DNA from: Phoronis australis
Lineage: Eukaryota; Animalia; Phoronida
DNA: 63,630 bases
Assembly (NCBI GenBank): GCA_002633005.1
Contig: NMRA01000012.1
Coordinates: 948,564-1,012,193 of the forward strand
Direction: 5' to 3'
Both the position numbers and the translations under genes were made by a program. The notes under the pieces are model-generated. The model was not told the origin of the DNA. It worked only from the letters and a program-made list of their open reading frames with translations, and did not search any database. This document shows, in pieces, positions 36,349 to 48,652 of the stretch (its first letter is position 1; every line of letters begins with the position of its first letter).

Positions 36349-39300
36349 TATTTTAAACCCGTACTTAGCTTTGTCTAAAAACAACTTTGATTTAGGTCAC
36401 ACGCACTTACCGTTATAAGATTACCATAGGCTTAGTTATTCTTTGGCTCTGTTTACTATTTGGGCCCGGGAAAAGCTGACTGCTCCTCAGTTTTTCCGAC
36501 CTCCGTAGGCGCGTGTGCACGTGGGCAGTTGAAACTTCGGATAAAGCTGATTTGCGTCTGTGTGTCATGCGATTAGTCGGATTCGCATGACCGTTATCTT
36601 TGTGAAAATTGCATGTTTTGACTTTGATCAGTAATCCTGAGTAGTTAAACACAACAAAAATATTGTTTACAAATTATCTTCACTGCAAGAAGTAAGCAGG
36701 ACATTTTTGTGTGCGCTGTAAGTTGACAATTGCATTATTTGTAAAACACCTTCTGTGTTGGCGACTATGTTCTAAATAAAAGGACGAGAAATTTGAGCGA
36801 GGATCAAACCTGCAGTACCAGCGGTTTCATCCTAACGCTCTGCTGGCGAAGCTTAGTGGATTCCACTTAATAAATGGCAGAGTATTTTAAGCGTAGTTAA
36901 CTGGTAAAGTCACAGGCCTTGCCTTCAGTAAATATCTGGCATACACCAGTGAGAATTAGCGACTTATAATACAATCACAAAACAAGGGATTTTGCTGATT
37001 CGTAGCTCTTATTCAAATATTTTCCAGTTCTAGCGATGTATTTGCAGTTGTCGGATTAGAGGGGAAATTTAGTGGGGTTCGTAATACCAATTTCCACTCC
37101 ATCTCGAAACGATTTTTCTCATCGCGTACTCCGAAAACAACTCTACCCCTGACACTAACTGTGATCTTAACACAAAACACTGCTCAAAAGAGGTCTTCTA
37201 ACTTGCAAAGCTTCTGCGAAATAGTATCTTCTCGTATCGCGGAGTTTCTAAAGTTGGGGCCCGAGGCATTGGAATCCTATCTGTTATCCCTGTTTTTTGT
37301 CACGCGACATGTTGTTATCCGTTTTTTATAAATAGGTGTAGGGCATTAGACCTTGGGACCACATTCAAGCCCCGGCAATATTCAATNCCACGACCCATCT
37401 ACTATATCTTATGTTGTTTTAACGTTTTAAGCGTAAAATTCATCATAAGAACTCCAGTAAGTTTTAGCGTGTGTAGCAAAGACTCGGGACAAAACAAGAG
37501 CAATATGGCGGGTTTTGCCCCCTTTCCGGTGACGTCACAGTGACTAGCGAGAAACTCGCAAGTGAGCTATTGAGTCGAGAACAATGTATATGAAAGCCAA
37601 CAGGGACAACCCCTGCGTTGTACCATTCGTGTGACCGAAACTGTTTGTATACCAATACAGTCTACGCTTTGTGTAATAACCAGGCTATCCGAACAACACG
37701 AATACTGCATTTACTGATAAAGTTCCTCCGTCGCTAAAAACACTGCACAAGAACACGACAAACTCACTTCACGGCTAATAACTTTGTGATCGGACTAGCA
37801 AACACGCTGCTGGACTCACAAAAAGCACATAAAAAATTGCACCCGGACTCACACATACGGTGCGTCGACTCCGTGTCCAAGACTGATTACTCCATATAAG
37901 TAGGCTTACCAAATAATTTAACTTACACCGAGAAATTGTGGTGGAGAACAAATTAAAATAAACAAAGAAAATTAACACATCAACGAAATTGTGGCTACCG
38001 CTGAACAACAAAAATTTGCAAGAAATAGAATTCACGTGCCAGGAAAACGTGATCATGAAAACGAAAGACGTCATTCCCGCACTTGAAGCAAAACGGCGGA
38101 ATCTGCATGGCGAACGTTTGAGTGGCGATTTGACACATAACTGGTGTCTATAAGTCACTCCTCTACATTTCAACAGAATGTGGAGAGAGGCTTGTATTTG
38201 TTGGTGAGACATTGTTTAACATAAAACCCTTGTGTAACTGGTACTGACTTCATCACTTTGAGGAGTCGTGCGCACCTTTTTGGTCACGTGCTCCTGGCGT
38301 GGGCAAATATTTGCTGGCACTTTCTGGTGAGTTATTTGCGTATGTATAAGTATAAAAAGTATTGGTGAATGTTTCAGTGCAACACAAAGTGAAAATGCTG
38401 GTTTTGGATCTTTATATTTTACTTCTACGCATAATGTTTTGGACTTTATTTAATTTATGCGTAGAAAAAAATGACTATCCTTAGTGAACTAAGTTTAACG
38501 GTGCACGTGTTTGCATAGAAACTTAGTAACTAGATTTATGAGTGCGGTTGTCGTGTTGTTCGGGTAGCCTGATGACGTCAGCGCTTCGACAAGTTTCGAT
38601 TCGACAAGTGGGCGTTTGAGGGGAATCACCCCTGGGAAAACGCATGTGAGAACTTTTTTCCAAATCACTGATTGCAGCGATTAAATACGCCTTAAACTAT
38701 TCAGCTTATGTTAATCCCTTTCACCACCTACAAAAATACCCAACACATTATCAATCTTAGCACAGACACGTGAATATGCCCCCACTTATACGTTCAAGTT
38801 CCTTTGGCTATGAAAACATCGTCACCGAACAAGCATCAAAATAAAAAGGAATACGCACAGATAACCAGTCACATTCTGCCAAACTAGATCCATGGATGTG
38901 TTTTATAGTGCATTTACACTCCTTTAGGTCACGTCTTGACTTCACAATTCCGAATGGTCATCATTAAAACGCGACTTTTATGAGAAGTTCGCTACCCGAC
39001 ATTTGGCTTTTTAAGCGATGAATCTTACAAGGCCATTGAAACATATAATACTGAATAGTCGATTATCGTATTAAGGGTTATTGTAAGGCCAGAAAATGCA
39101 GTTTATTCAGTTGGTTATGGTCTGTGATTTTTTTGAAAATCGAGTTGGTGGTGATGTATTCTTCTTAGTTGCTCATTTCAGAACAGAAAGTTCACCTGAG
39201 ACAAACAAAAATGATGGGGCATTTTTACCCTAACCACTTTCTTGTTGGGGGAGGACTGGTGCCACTGCTTAAAAAGTTCTCTTTTTATCCCAGTTGAAGG

Positions 39301-42300
39301 TATCCAACATGAACTATCGTCACAGTCCACAATGTTGCCAACAGTAAACAAAAAATTCATTTACGGCAGATTTTGCTCACAAAACGATACCGTTACCCTT
39401 AGAACAGTGTTAGGTGAATAGAATTTCGGATCCTGCGACGACCGCCCGCGAATAAGAGTGGACCTCGATTAATAATTCTATTACTCTGCTGTCACCAAGC
39501 AAGTTTGGAATTCACACCGATCTCCACTCGCAAGCCGTCAAATGTTGCGGTCAAGGTATCCCTGTATCCAAGTGCTCTGAATGTTAAAATTGCTATTTTC
39601 GGCGATTGATCAACATTGCATACAAATGCATTGAATATTAGAACTGCTACCAGTGGTGGATCTATTATACCATTAGGGGGGGAGAGGTTAACATGTTGCC
39701 TCAGGGTAATGGGCAAAGCGCGATTGTATGTGAAGCCCGAAAGTTGTGGGGGCCGGGAATGTGAACTTTATGTTCGGAAGATTTTCGGTGAACTAAAAAA
39801 ACAAAAACGGAAACACAATCCTGCCGCGATCTGGGGTATGAGGTCTGATGATAGTCAACGTTGCATCAATTCGACTGTCTCAGAGACTCCTACTAGTACA
39901 TTTTGTCCGTATTTGTATTACTGGTTATTACACGAAATGGTCGGAATCCTGAACGGAAAAATACAAATTATTCAGCTTAAGTTGAATCTTGAAATTTGTT
40001 TTCATTCGCCAAAATTCTATTTCTGATCGCTGTTTAGCTTCAACATCATAAACGAGCGCCATGATCGCCTGCCAAAGTTTCTCTGTTATTAGGTCACGAC
40101 ATAGCCAATCAAATAGCTTTAGCGTCGCTCTCTGACGTAGCGAGTCAATCAACGTAATATGGAAAATTACGTCAATACCACAATTTCACGAGACTGCTAT
40201 GCCTGGCTGTAACTTTAAATGGACTGAAATCAAGGAAGCGGGAATTGGTTCTCAAAACTGCGATAAAAGACTTCTTCTTTTCGTAAACTTCTTGTGGTCA
40301 GAGTGAAAGTCTGCGACAGATGAAGGTCTTGATATATGTCGTTTCAAACAACGCAACTGCAGAAGCTGCTGGTAGGATGTGATATGTCACCAGTTCGGAC
40401 AAATCAGCAAGCACCACTTAAAAGTTAATTTAGGTTTGAAACCACGCCGTTGCTGTTTTGAAAACAAACTGAGACACAAAACACGCGGGATGGACACAGT
40501 GGCATAGCTTAATGACGGAGTAGGTCTGTCCCGGGCGGCGCTGCATTTTCATAGCTGCACTTACAGGGAGGAGGCAAAAACGTCCATGGGCCACCCTAAA
40601 ACGATAATCTGAGCTAAAGAGAGATAAAGTAAGTTATTATGCACAACAAAAAGAAGCACATGCATGAACCCTAAGTCGTTAAAGTCACAGCAGTTAAGTA
40701 CAGGGGCGGATCCAGGATTTTGAGTTAGGGGGTTGCCAGGGCACAGGAATAACCAGAATTTCAGCACAAACATGCGTGTGCCCAGCCTAAAATGTGGGGA
40801 TGCAGGGGTCTCCAATTTTTGGGTTTGCGGTAAACGGTAAACGGGGTTTGTTCAAGGCCTATCATGGATTGTGCATTTGCCCCCCGAGCCCCCCTGGATG
40901 CGCGCATATGCTGTCAGCAATTCGCACCCCGAACTACCAAATGGTATCTGGGAGAATTTTAGGGGGGGCATGGCCCCCTTGGCGTCCCCCCACCCAAATC
41001 CGTGATATCTTTCCTGAAATTGATGCGTGCGGGCGCTTTTTTCTTTATTTATTTTTGTCAGTGAGAACAAGTCTCAAAATGACTAGGGGTACTAAAGTGT
41101 TGCAGTTAGACGGAAGTGAAGGTTGAAGGAAGAAATTATATACAAAGACTAGCATTGTTGTGGAGATATAAAACTACAACGGTTTGAATTTTGTCTAATT
41201 CTCTGTACCACTGGAACTTACTACTGTTTTGTTATTAGGTTCGGCATACTCCGAACTCACACTTATCTCCCTCAACTTTCAGAATATGAAGGTGATTATA
41301 CGTGGTGAATTCAGCACATGGCAAACTTCCCTGGACTTTTTTGAATCCATGAATATTCATCGACTTGAAGTCATTTTCTACATCGTGACCTTGCTAAGCT
41401 AGTAAGCTTCTAATGATTACCAAATTCCAAATCATGCTCTCTCATTTAGCTTTGTAACTTTTTGAGTAACTGAGGCTTTCCTTGGCTAGTAATAATAAAT
41501 GATAATAAATGAGATTTTCCCGATTCTGATTGGACCCATATCGCACTCTGGTCCGTTAACCTTGATTTTCACGAAGAGAGTGCCAGCGCAAAATCTGGGA
41601 TTGCGTTTGGCGAGTTGAGCGACTAGAATTTAAAGTCCCAGTTAACGAGAAACGAATGACAATCTGAGGTCGCATTTGGAGAAATAGTATAATTATTTTC
41701 CAAATCGGGCGCTGCATGGAGTCTTTCAGCCTATGCTCAGGTCGGAAAGCTCCGGCGGCGGCTTTAAATTGACTCCCAATAAACAAAAGGTCTGATTCAA
41801 CTTTTCCAGCTAAAAAGTTGCATACCGCCGATAGAAATAGCAGAATATATCCAATCATGCCTTAATATTTGATTAATACACGACTTGGTTTATTTTCCAC
41901 CCTGACTAAAATGAGCAATACATGAAAACGCTATCACCGGACAAAAGAATTACTAATTTAAAAATTGCGCAAAACCCACCCGTTTTTTCATCCAGGTGCG
42001 CAATCGGTGAAGCCATGAATAAACTACACGTGTTCTTAGTTGGATAGTTTTACCGTGCAGAGTCTCAAACCCGAAGTCTTTTTGTGCTTTTGAGTCCCTG
42101 GCCCAAGCGAATTCTGCATACTTTTTCCTATTTTTTGTTTTATTCTGTGTTGTCAAATTGGTAAATGTTACGCATATCAGCAGCAACTGTCAAATGAAAG
42201 GAAACGTTGATTTGAAGTCCGAGCAATGTCATATTAAAATCCGGTGAACGAAGAAAATTGCGTTCTTTCCAAAGTCAGTCGTAGAATATTATGTAATTAA

Positions 42301-43384
42301 AATTGGATACCATCTTTGAAGTCTCTCATAACCAAAACCAATAAGGGCTATGAAGCAGCCATATCGTGTTATGCCACTATATTTTCATAGTTATGTAGGA
42401 ACTCATTGAACGGCCTGTGCATTTATGCCAATATCTACAAAACCTTAGATTTCAACTCAGTAAAATAATATATTTTCTGAAACTAGAGAGCCTGTAGAAT
42501 TCGATTTTTAACTTTTTAACACTCCTCAAATAACTGGATGGCGTGACCATGCTTTTAGTATTTTTTTCAAAAAAGGAAGCTACATTGAAAGCATAAACAA
42601 CAGTATCAACAACAAGGTCAAATTATATTTCGTATAAATGTTCAGGATAAGATCTCAAAAATCCTTTTACAATAAATTTTATAAAATATCATTTTGTTTC
42701 CGCTTTGTGCAATTTTTTTCAAGAAAATCATGAAAGTTTTATTTTCGTTAGCCCTTCATGCAGAAGTGGAAAAAAAATATGAGTATATAAAAACCAACAG
42801 GTAGAGTCTATACCCAAAATCACATATTTTTTAGACTCAACACATGATTTTGGTTTGGGGAGATATAGAAAAATATCGCTTTTTAAGAATTTTCGTCCAT
42901 TATTTCTCTTTCTATGTCCTGTAACTCAAAATTGGGCGCCGAAGTAGACATATTTGAATACATTTTACTAGCATGTTTAGTAAGCTGATAATAAATGAGT
43001 GATACGCTTTGAAAGGAATATGATTGAATAATTTAATGTCACAACTTTCAAAATTCACTTTCAAATTTGTATGCTTTGATTGTGTCGCAAAAACGACTAT
43101 TTTGAAGGTTTTTCACTGAAGCCATTTTCAGCCAAATTTAGCACTCTGTTGCAGCCATATTACACCTTTCCAAAAACTGACCTCATAATAATTTGTTCAG
43201 TAATTCATAACCTGTTCATGGGCCAAAATAAAAAATCTTGCCTCTCCCGTAGTGTTTACTTACACGAACTGCACTTGGTCCTATTTGCCTGTTCTCAGTT
43301 GCCTCAATCACCAATAGGTATCAACGGGGCGGGGGGTGAGGTTACAGGTTCTCGCTACGCCACCGGACTGACTAGACTACTGTC

Positions 43385-43681
43385 ATTTCAGGTGTTCAGG
43401 GTACGTACACTTTCTGCTTGGGTGAAAACGGCATCAAATTCTCTTCAGTGAACATCGGATATGATTTGACTCCACGACTGGTCCTGCTCAGTCACAAATT
43501 TACCTACTCTGTCTAGTAGGAGCTCGTCCTCTGGCACTGGCCTTGATTTATGAGGTACTGTACAGCATCTCAGATGTTCTGAAGTGTCTTTAACATGACT
43601 GACTGAAGCCATAAAGCTTTCGCGGTCGCACATTTTTGTTAAAAACTCTCTAAACGAACAGGAAGGACCTTTGTACCCCAT
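43385..43681 (-). pseudogene. Sola3-like transposase N-terminal relic
   Basis: CSF..KDTSEHLRCC..EDELLLDRVGKF..IISDVH(stop)RE, then frameshifted RFHPSRKCTYPEH; resembles the recalled KDI..HL...ELIL.RAGLF...IC..HR...W.P.R.C.YP.H pattern of Sola3-type transposases. Confidence 0.45.
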
Positions 43682-44092
43682 TTTGTCTTAAGCGCATGAT
43701 ACCCTCGACCAGTCTTTACAAATAACAATTCTTACAAGTTCAAAATTCAAAGGCGTTTATTTCCATTTAAATCAACCAGTTAATGGAAGAAAACAAGAGA
43801 GTTGCATGTTTAAGTTTTTTATGCATCCCCAAAAGTAATGTCAACTGATACATTGAGCAAAGGTCATCGAGTTCAGTTTTTATCTTGACTGCATTATACA
43901 TCCAGAAAACAACTTGTTTTCATTTGAAAGAGCTTAGATTTTTATAAAAATTTAATGCAGAATTCTTGTTCAAATTTTCGTTCAAATGGTCTGTAAACTG
44001 TGCTCAGCGTTTCTAAAATAGACAGTTTTGCAAGAATTTTCGCCAAAATGTAAAGTTGAGGCCAAGATGTTTTTTACTCGAATTATCAAGAT

Positions 44093-46758
44093 CAGTGGCG
44101 GATCTACGTTTTCAGTAAGGGGGAGTTTAGGATTCTCGCCAAGGTCGAATCCGAGGCGCGAGGCTCCGAGCGGGGGCAGGTCGAGAGGGGGGCTTCCCTC
44201 CACCCGTGTAAGACAATTTTTGTTTTTGTAGCCAAACAGTGAAATTTCCATGCATCCTGGTTAGTTTCTGGTAGTTAACATGTCTCTGGAGTTTTTCGTT
44301 AGATAATTTTAAACCCTTCTCAATTTTGTGACATGAACTTGGCTCAAAACTTTCGTGAAACCATATTGTGCACATCTGGGTATGAGTCACGCCACCAGCA
44401 AAAATTTTTGTTGGAACATCTGCTTACACACACCTATTTTAGCATACGAAAAGTCGTATACGAAAAAGTGTGGTGTGTATACAGTGGTTTAAGCAACTAC
44501 CAAATAATTTATTCAAGAGCATAAGGAGCACCGACGGGGCCTAAAAACTTGAATATCAGATGATCACGTAACAGCAGCCTCAAGTTGTTTAATAACGAAA
44601 ACCGAAGTCCGGAAATAAACATGTATTCTGTCTCGTTACGACAAAAATCAGCGAACGATGGTGCTCTCAGCTAATAGTCTATTATTAAAAACGACAATAA
44701 ACAATTAAGTATCACTTTATTAAACTGAATCACGTTGACAACGATTGAGAAACGTCAAATGTATCAGGAAGCAAAGCATCTGAAAACAGTTTCACCAAAC
44801 CAAAACGTTCTGTAAACCTTGGTGAAAAGATGTCCAGGACCAGTTCGCAGAGGGACCAGATGTACACTGAGAGTACACAAAAAGGCAGACCAAAAGTACA
44901 CCTGTGCTTATTATCCCTATAAAAATAGTCGAGCTGCCGCGGGACCAAACACTACTGGCTGAGATAAGTAGTTTTAGAAAGCACACTTTGGTAAAAACAT
45001 CACAAGACTACAAAAATCAAGCTGGCCTGGTCCGTCGCGAGACCTAAACTGTACTAAAGTAAGTATGCAAACAGTTTTGAATTGAAAAATTTTCTTCAGA
45101 CACTTTTTAATCCCCAGTGATTGCTCATACGTGTATTTTACACATCTGGTGGGTGGTCAACTGCAGCGAGAGGTTGTCTAGGGTTTTCGCACAGTTCAGT
45201 AGTACTCACTGGAAGAAACAAGTATTGAGAACAAATTTAACAACGCACTACGTGAAATAGATTTTGGACATGAAGCAGATAGAGCCAAATACAAACCAGA
45301 ATCATTTTCTGTGCGCTCGTAGTCCCTCTGCTGTACTGGGAAAATTTGACGTGTCCAAGAATAATTTCTATTTCGTTTTCATTGTACACAAGCATAAAAA
45401 ACCGACATTATATACAAACTGTGTAGAATTATAACTTATTACCTGGGTGTTTCTCCAGGAACGTTAGTCCTATCCATCTGTTGTCTAGACTGCCGAGGAA
45501 TCTGTATATCGGATCCAATGGTATGCTCGTCTTGGAACCATTCTATCCAGACATCTTCGATGTTTGTTCCCAACGCTTGCACTTCGTCAACTGCTGTGTC
45601 AATGAGACTAGCCTCTACAATGTCAACATCTCGTTTCGCAGCTCAGGTGGCACTAAGCGCCCTGAGGTCGCCAAATCCAATCAAAACACTTACATGCGCA
45701 ACTAAATTTGATCCGTTCATCATGGACTACTTCAAACCTTGACGGTGTATCCCAGGACCAATTTGCATCTCTTGCAATTTTCGAAATAAACGTCCCAATG
45801 TCTGAACGCTTGAAACCCGAAGTAGGCCTACTAACATCAAATAAATGCCCATGGGCATGGACGTTTCATCAGGTGGGCCTTTCTGCGGAAATTCCCAGTA
45901 TAGAAGACGACAGTGGTGCTTATTGTAGGAAGAAAGACGGTAGGTGTTGAGGTCGGAACTAGGGCTCCTTTGGAGGCCTATTGAACATCGCACGAGTCCC
46001 GCAAGACTTTGTTGTGAAAGTACAGCCTCCCCGCAATTTCTGGTACTGTACATTGTTTGCGAATGCGGTCACTTTGTCAATGTGAGTGCCCCCTTGGTCA
46101 TTCCTTGTATATAGACATAACTTGTTAAAGTGCATCTTCAAACGGACTCGCGACCAGACCACGGCGCCCGCCACTATAACATTCTTTCGGAAAACGAGTT
46201 TTTTCAAAAGTATTACATGTACACGTACACTGTATGATACTGCGCAAGACAACGTTTCTATACACCAGCTAAATTCGAGTTACAAACGTGTGGAGTATAA
46301 TAGCATAACATGGCATGACAGATGAGGTAAAAACGTTGCACGTCAATTCGCCTGAATGTCAAGGTTGCGGCACTACAGAATTTCCCCTAATCAAATCAAA
46401 TCGTATCTTAGAGTAAAGAAACTAATTTATACCTAAAGAAATCAGCTATAGAGCTGCTCTTTCAGCAGTGGATCTCGAACGCTTGGCGCGCACACTTGAT
46501 CTCCGCGCGTTTTGCCGATGAGCCACCGGAAGACTCAAAATGCTTTGATTTTCATAAACACCAATTCACAATGCAAAAAATTATAGTTTCAGAGTGAACC
46601 CCCCCCTCAAATTTTTCCAAGTTGGTTTATTTGGGGTTTACACAAGCTGGCGGTGCCGTTTTTGTTTTGCTGGAACCGTTTTTTTATTTTTTTTTTATTT
46701 TTGGGTCCTAGCCCAAGGGGGGTTAAACCCCCTGAACCCCCCGGTAGATCTGCCACAA
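44093..46758 (-). mobile_element. hAT DNA transposon with a decayed THAP12/PRKRIR-like transposase
   Basis: TIRs cagtggcggatctac / gtagatctgccac; left flank atcaagat with a right-hand remnant caagat (partly deleted 8-bp TSD). Minus-strand peptide KRDVDIVEASLID..WIEWFQD..IQIPRQSRQQMDRTNVPGETP (about 45443-45650) and LFSDALLPDTFDV (about 44750-44790). Confidence 0.75.
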
Positions 46759-47809
46759 GATTAACTCTTTAATTGTATGTTCAAAAAGTGACATAAAGCT
46801 ACAAGGTGCAGCATAGCATTATGAGGGTCACAAAGCAGCCAATAAAATTAGCGAGGAAAAGTGGTTTGCGGATTATCTCCCCCATCTAGCACAAAGCTGT
46901 CAATTTGAATAAATGCCAAATAATTGTGCACAGTATACATTGGTTAATCAGTCACCAAAGCACAACTTTCAATTTATTTTGTAAGTTACTTATTTTCGTT
47001 GCTGAAAACATCACGCTTTCGATCGAGACGCCGGCTGATAAGACCAATTGCGGTCTAATGCTCCAGCGACGAAATTAAGGGTGGGTGCGCAAAATGTGGC
47101 TGTCAGATTTTTGTTAGGATACCTATTCATGTATAAAAATGAAGTTGCTTTGAATTTTGACGTGTAGACTGATTTTTGAAAATCTACTTGCTTTTATATA
47201 GACTGCCCTTTGGTACGGTGGCCCAAAGATGACATCGCCCGTTTCTTAGAGAATACCAGTGCATTCTGAAAGTATCTCATGAATGTGATTAGACATGAAT
47301 TTTTTTCGCTCGCTGGCTGTCTATAGAATTGTGTTGGTGTCGTCACTTGACCAACTCTAGTCTCGTCTCGGTCAGCTGGTTACGAATTATGCCAAATTCT
47401 AATAGGCCTATGAATTGCTTATTCTGCTTAAAGTGAAAGAGCGTGAATTTTTTTCTAGGTACAAGATATTTTATCGTGGGAGTGACTCCCTGTCTTTGAT
47501 TTGACTTGAAATCTACGTTACCTAAAACAAGAAGATTCATCGATATCGATCGAGTTGTGGCAAAGAATAACCAAAACAGCTTGTGTTATGAACTACTTGA
47601 ATATTCAGGGATTTTTTGTAAAAACGTGAAACTAGACTCTCACTGATATATTGGAGTTGGTAATCTTGTACCAAAACGTTGACCTAGGATCCGCAGCTAG
47701 TGTGTTGTCTACATGCACACGAACTTGTCATGCGAAACAAAATGCGGCTTATGACAGGCTCAGTCGAGTTTCGAATGAGGCGCCGCTAGGAGTGCAGAAT
47801 ATCAAGGCA

Positions 47810-48222
47810 TGCTGTGCGTGAACTTGGAATCTTGCTTAATCTCAAGATCGCGTATGCGTGAACTTGGAATACATAAGGGAATTTGAGAAGTTCACTCAAA
47901 TAATCACGTTCAACGTGGATAAAAATTTGCACTGCACTAAACCAGATTATATTTTAATAAAATAACGTAAAATTCAACTAATCATTTTTTCAACTATTGG
48001 CAGTCTTATTCACCAAACAATAATTGTTTTAACCAATCACAAATTCTTCCTATTAACACAAGTTACGGTAAAGGAGAAAATGAGTGATCATAAGGCCAAT
48101 AATTTCAAAAATTCTTTACACTGAACAAAAAAATTCACGTTATTGCCCAAATATACGCTTAATTCCAAGTTCACGCATAAGCGATCTTCAGATTAAGCAG
48201 GATTACAAGTTCACGCACAGCA
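47810..48222. mobile_element. MITE with ~60-bp TIRs
   Basis: tgctgtgcgtgaacttggaatcttgcttaatctcaagatcgcgtatgcgtgaacttggaat and its near reverse complement at 48162-48222; related fragment at ~13054-13092. Confidence 0.8.
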
Positions 48223-48595
48223 GCTGCTAGTGCAAAACTTCTATGTTGTTCGTAGGCAACACGCAACACCTCGGTTGGCCTGCGGCATTCAGGGCGGTGC
48301 TGCCCCGTGCATCGCATCGCTACCTTTCGGTGTTCTTCAAAACTAGTGAAAACCTAGGTCACATCCTTCATTTCGGGTCTACGTAAAGGAAGAAGCCGTG
48401 AGCAGTTTGTGTGTTCCGCATGTATTAAGTCGTTCAGAAAATAGATTTGGGGGTACAAGCAACATGGCAATAGTTTGAATCGGAAAATCTGGAAGTGCAT
48501 AAGGTATGGAATTTGCTCTGTTAGGATAATTTGGAACTGTTGACCCGTGTCTCAGAATCGGCCAGTCGCATGATCGGCCGGTACCGTGACGACGG

Positions 48596-48652
48596 TAGAC
48601 AATGACCATCGTCTCTATCCAGAGTCTAGAGAGAGACGATGGTCATTGTCTA
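48596..48652. mobile_element. Palindromic TAG...CTA mini-element, copy 2
   Basis: tagacaatgaccatcgtctct...agagacgatggtcattgtcta, perfect 21-bp arms. Confidence 0.6.

Noticed and set aside
37775-40152. ORFs of 136-145 aa between the IRF and PX genes
   Set aside because: No domain motif or consistent splice pattern; they overlap repeat fragments.
41490-42200. Possible Crypton-like relic
   Set aside because: Only vague terminal and peptide resemblance; no tyrosine-recombinase motif visible.
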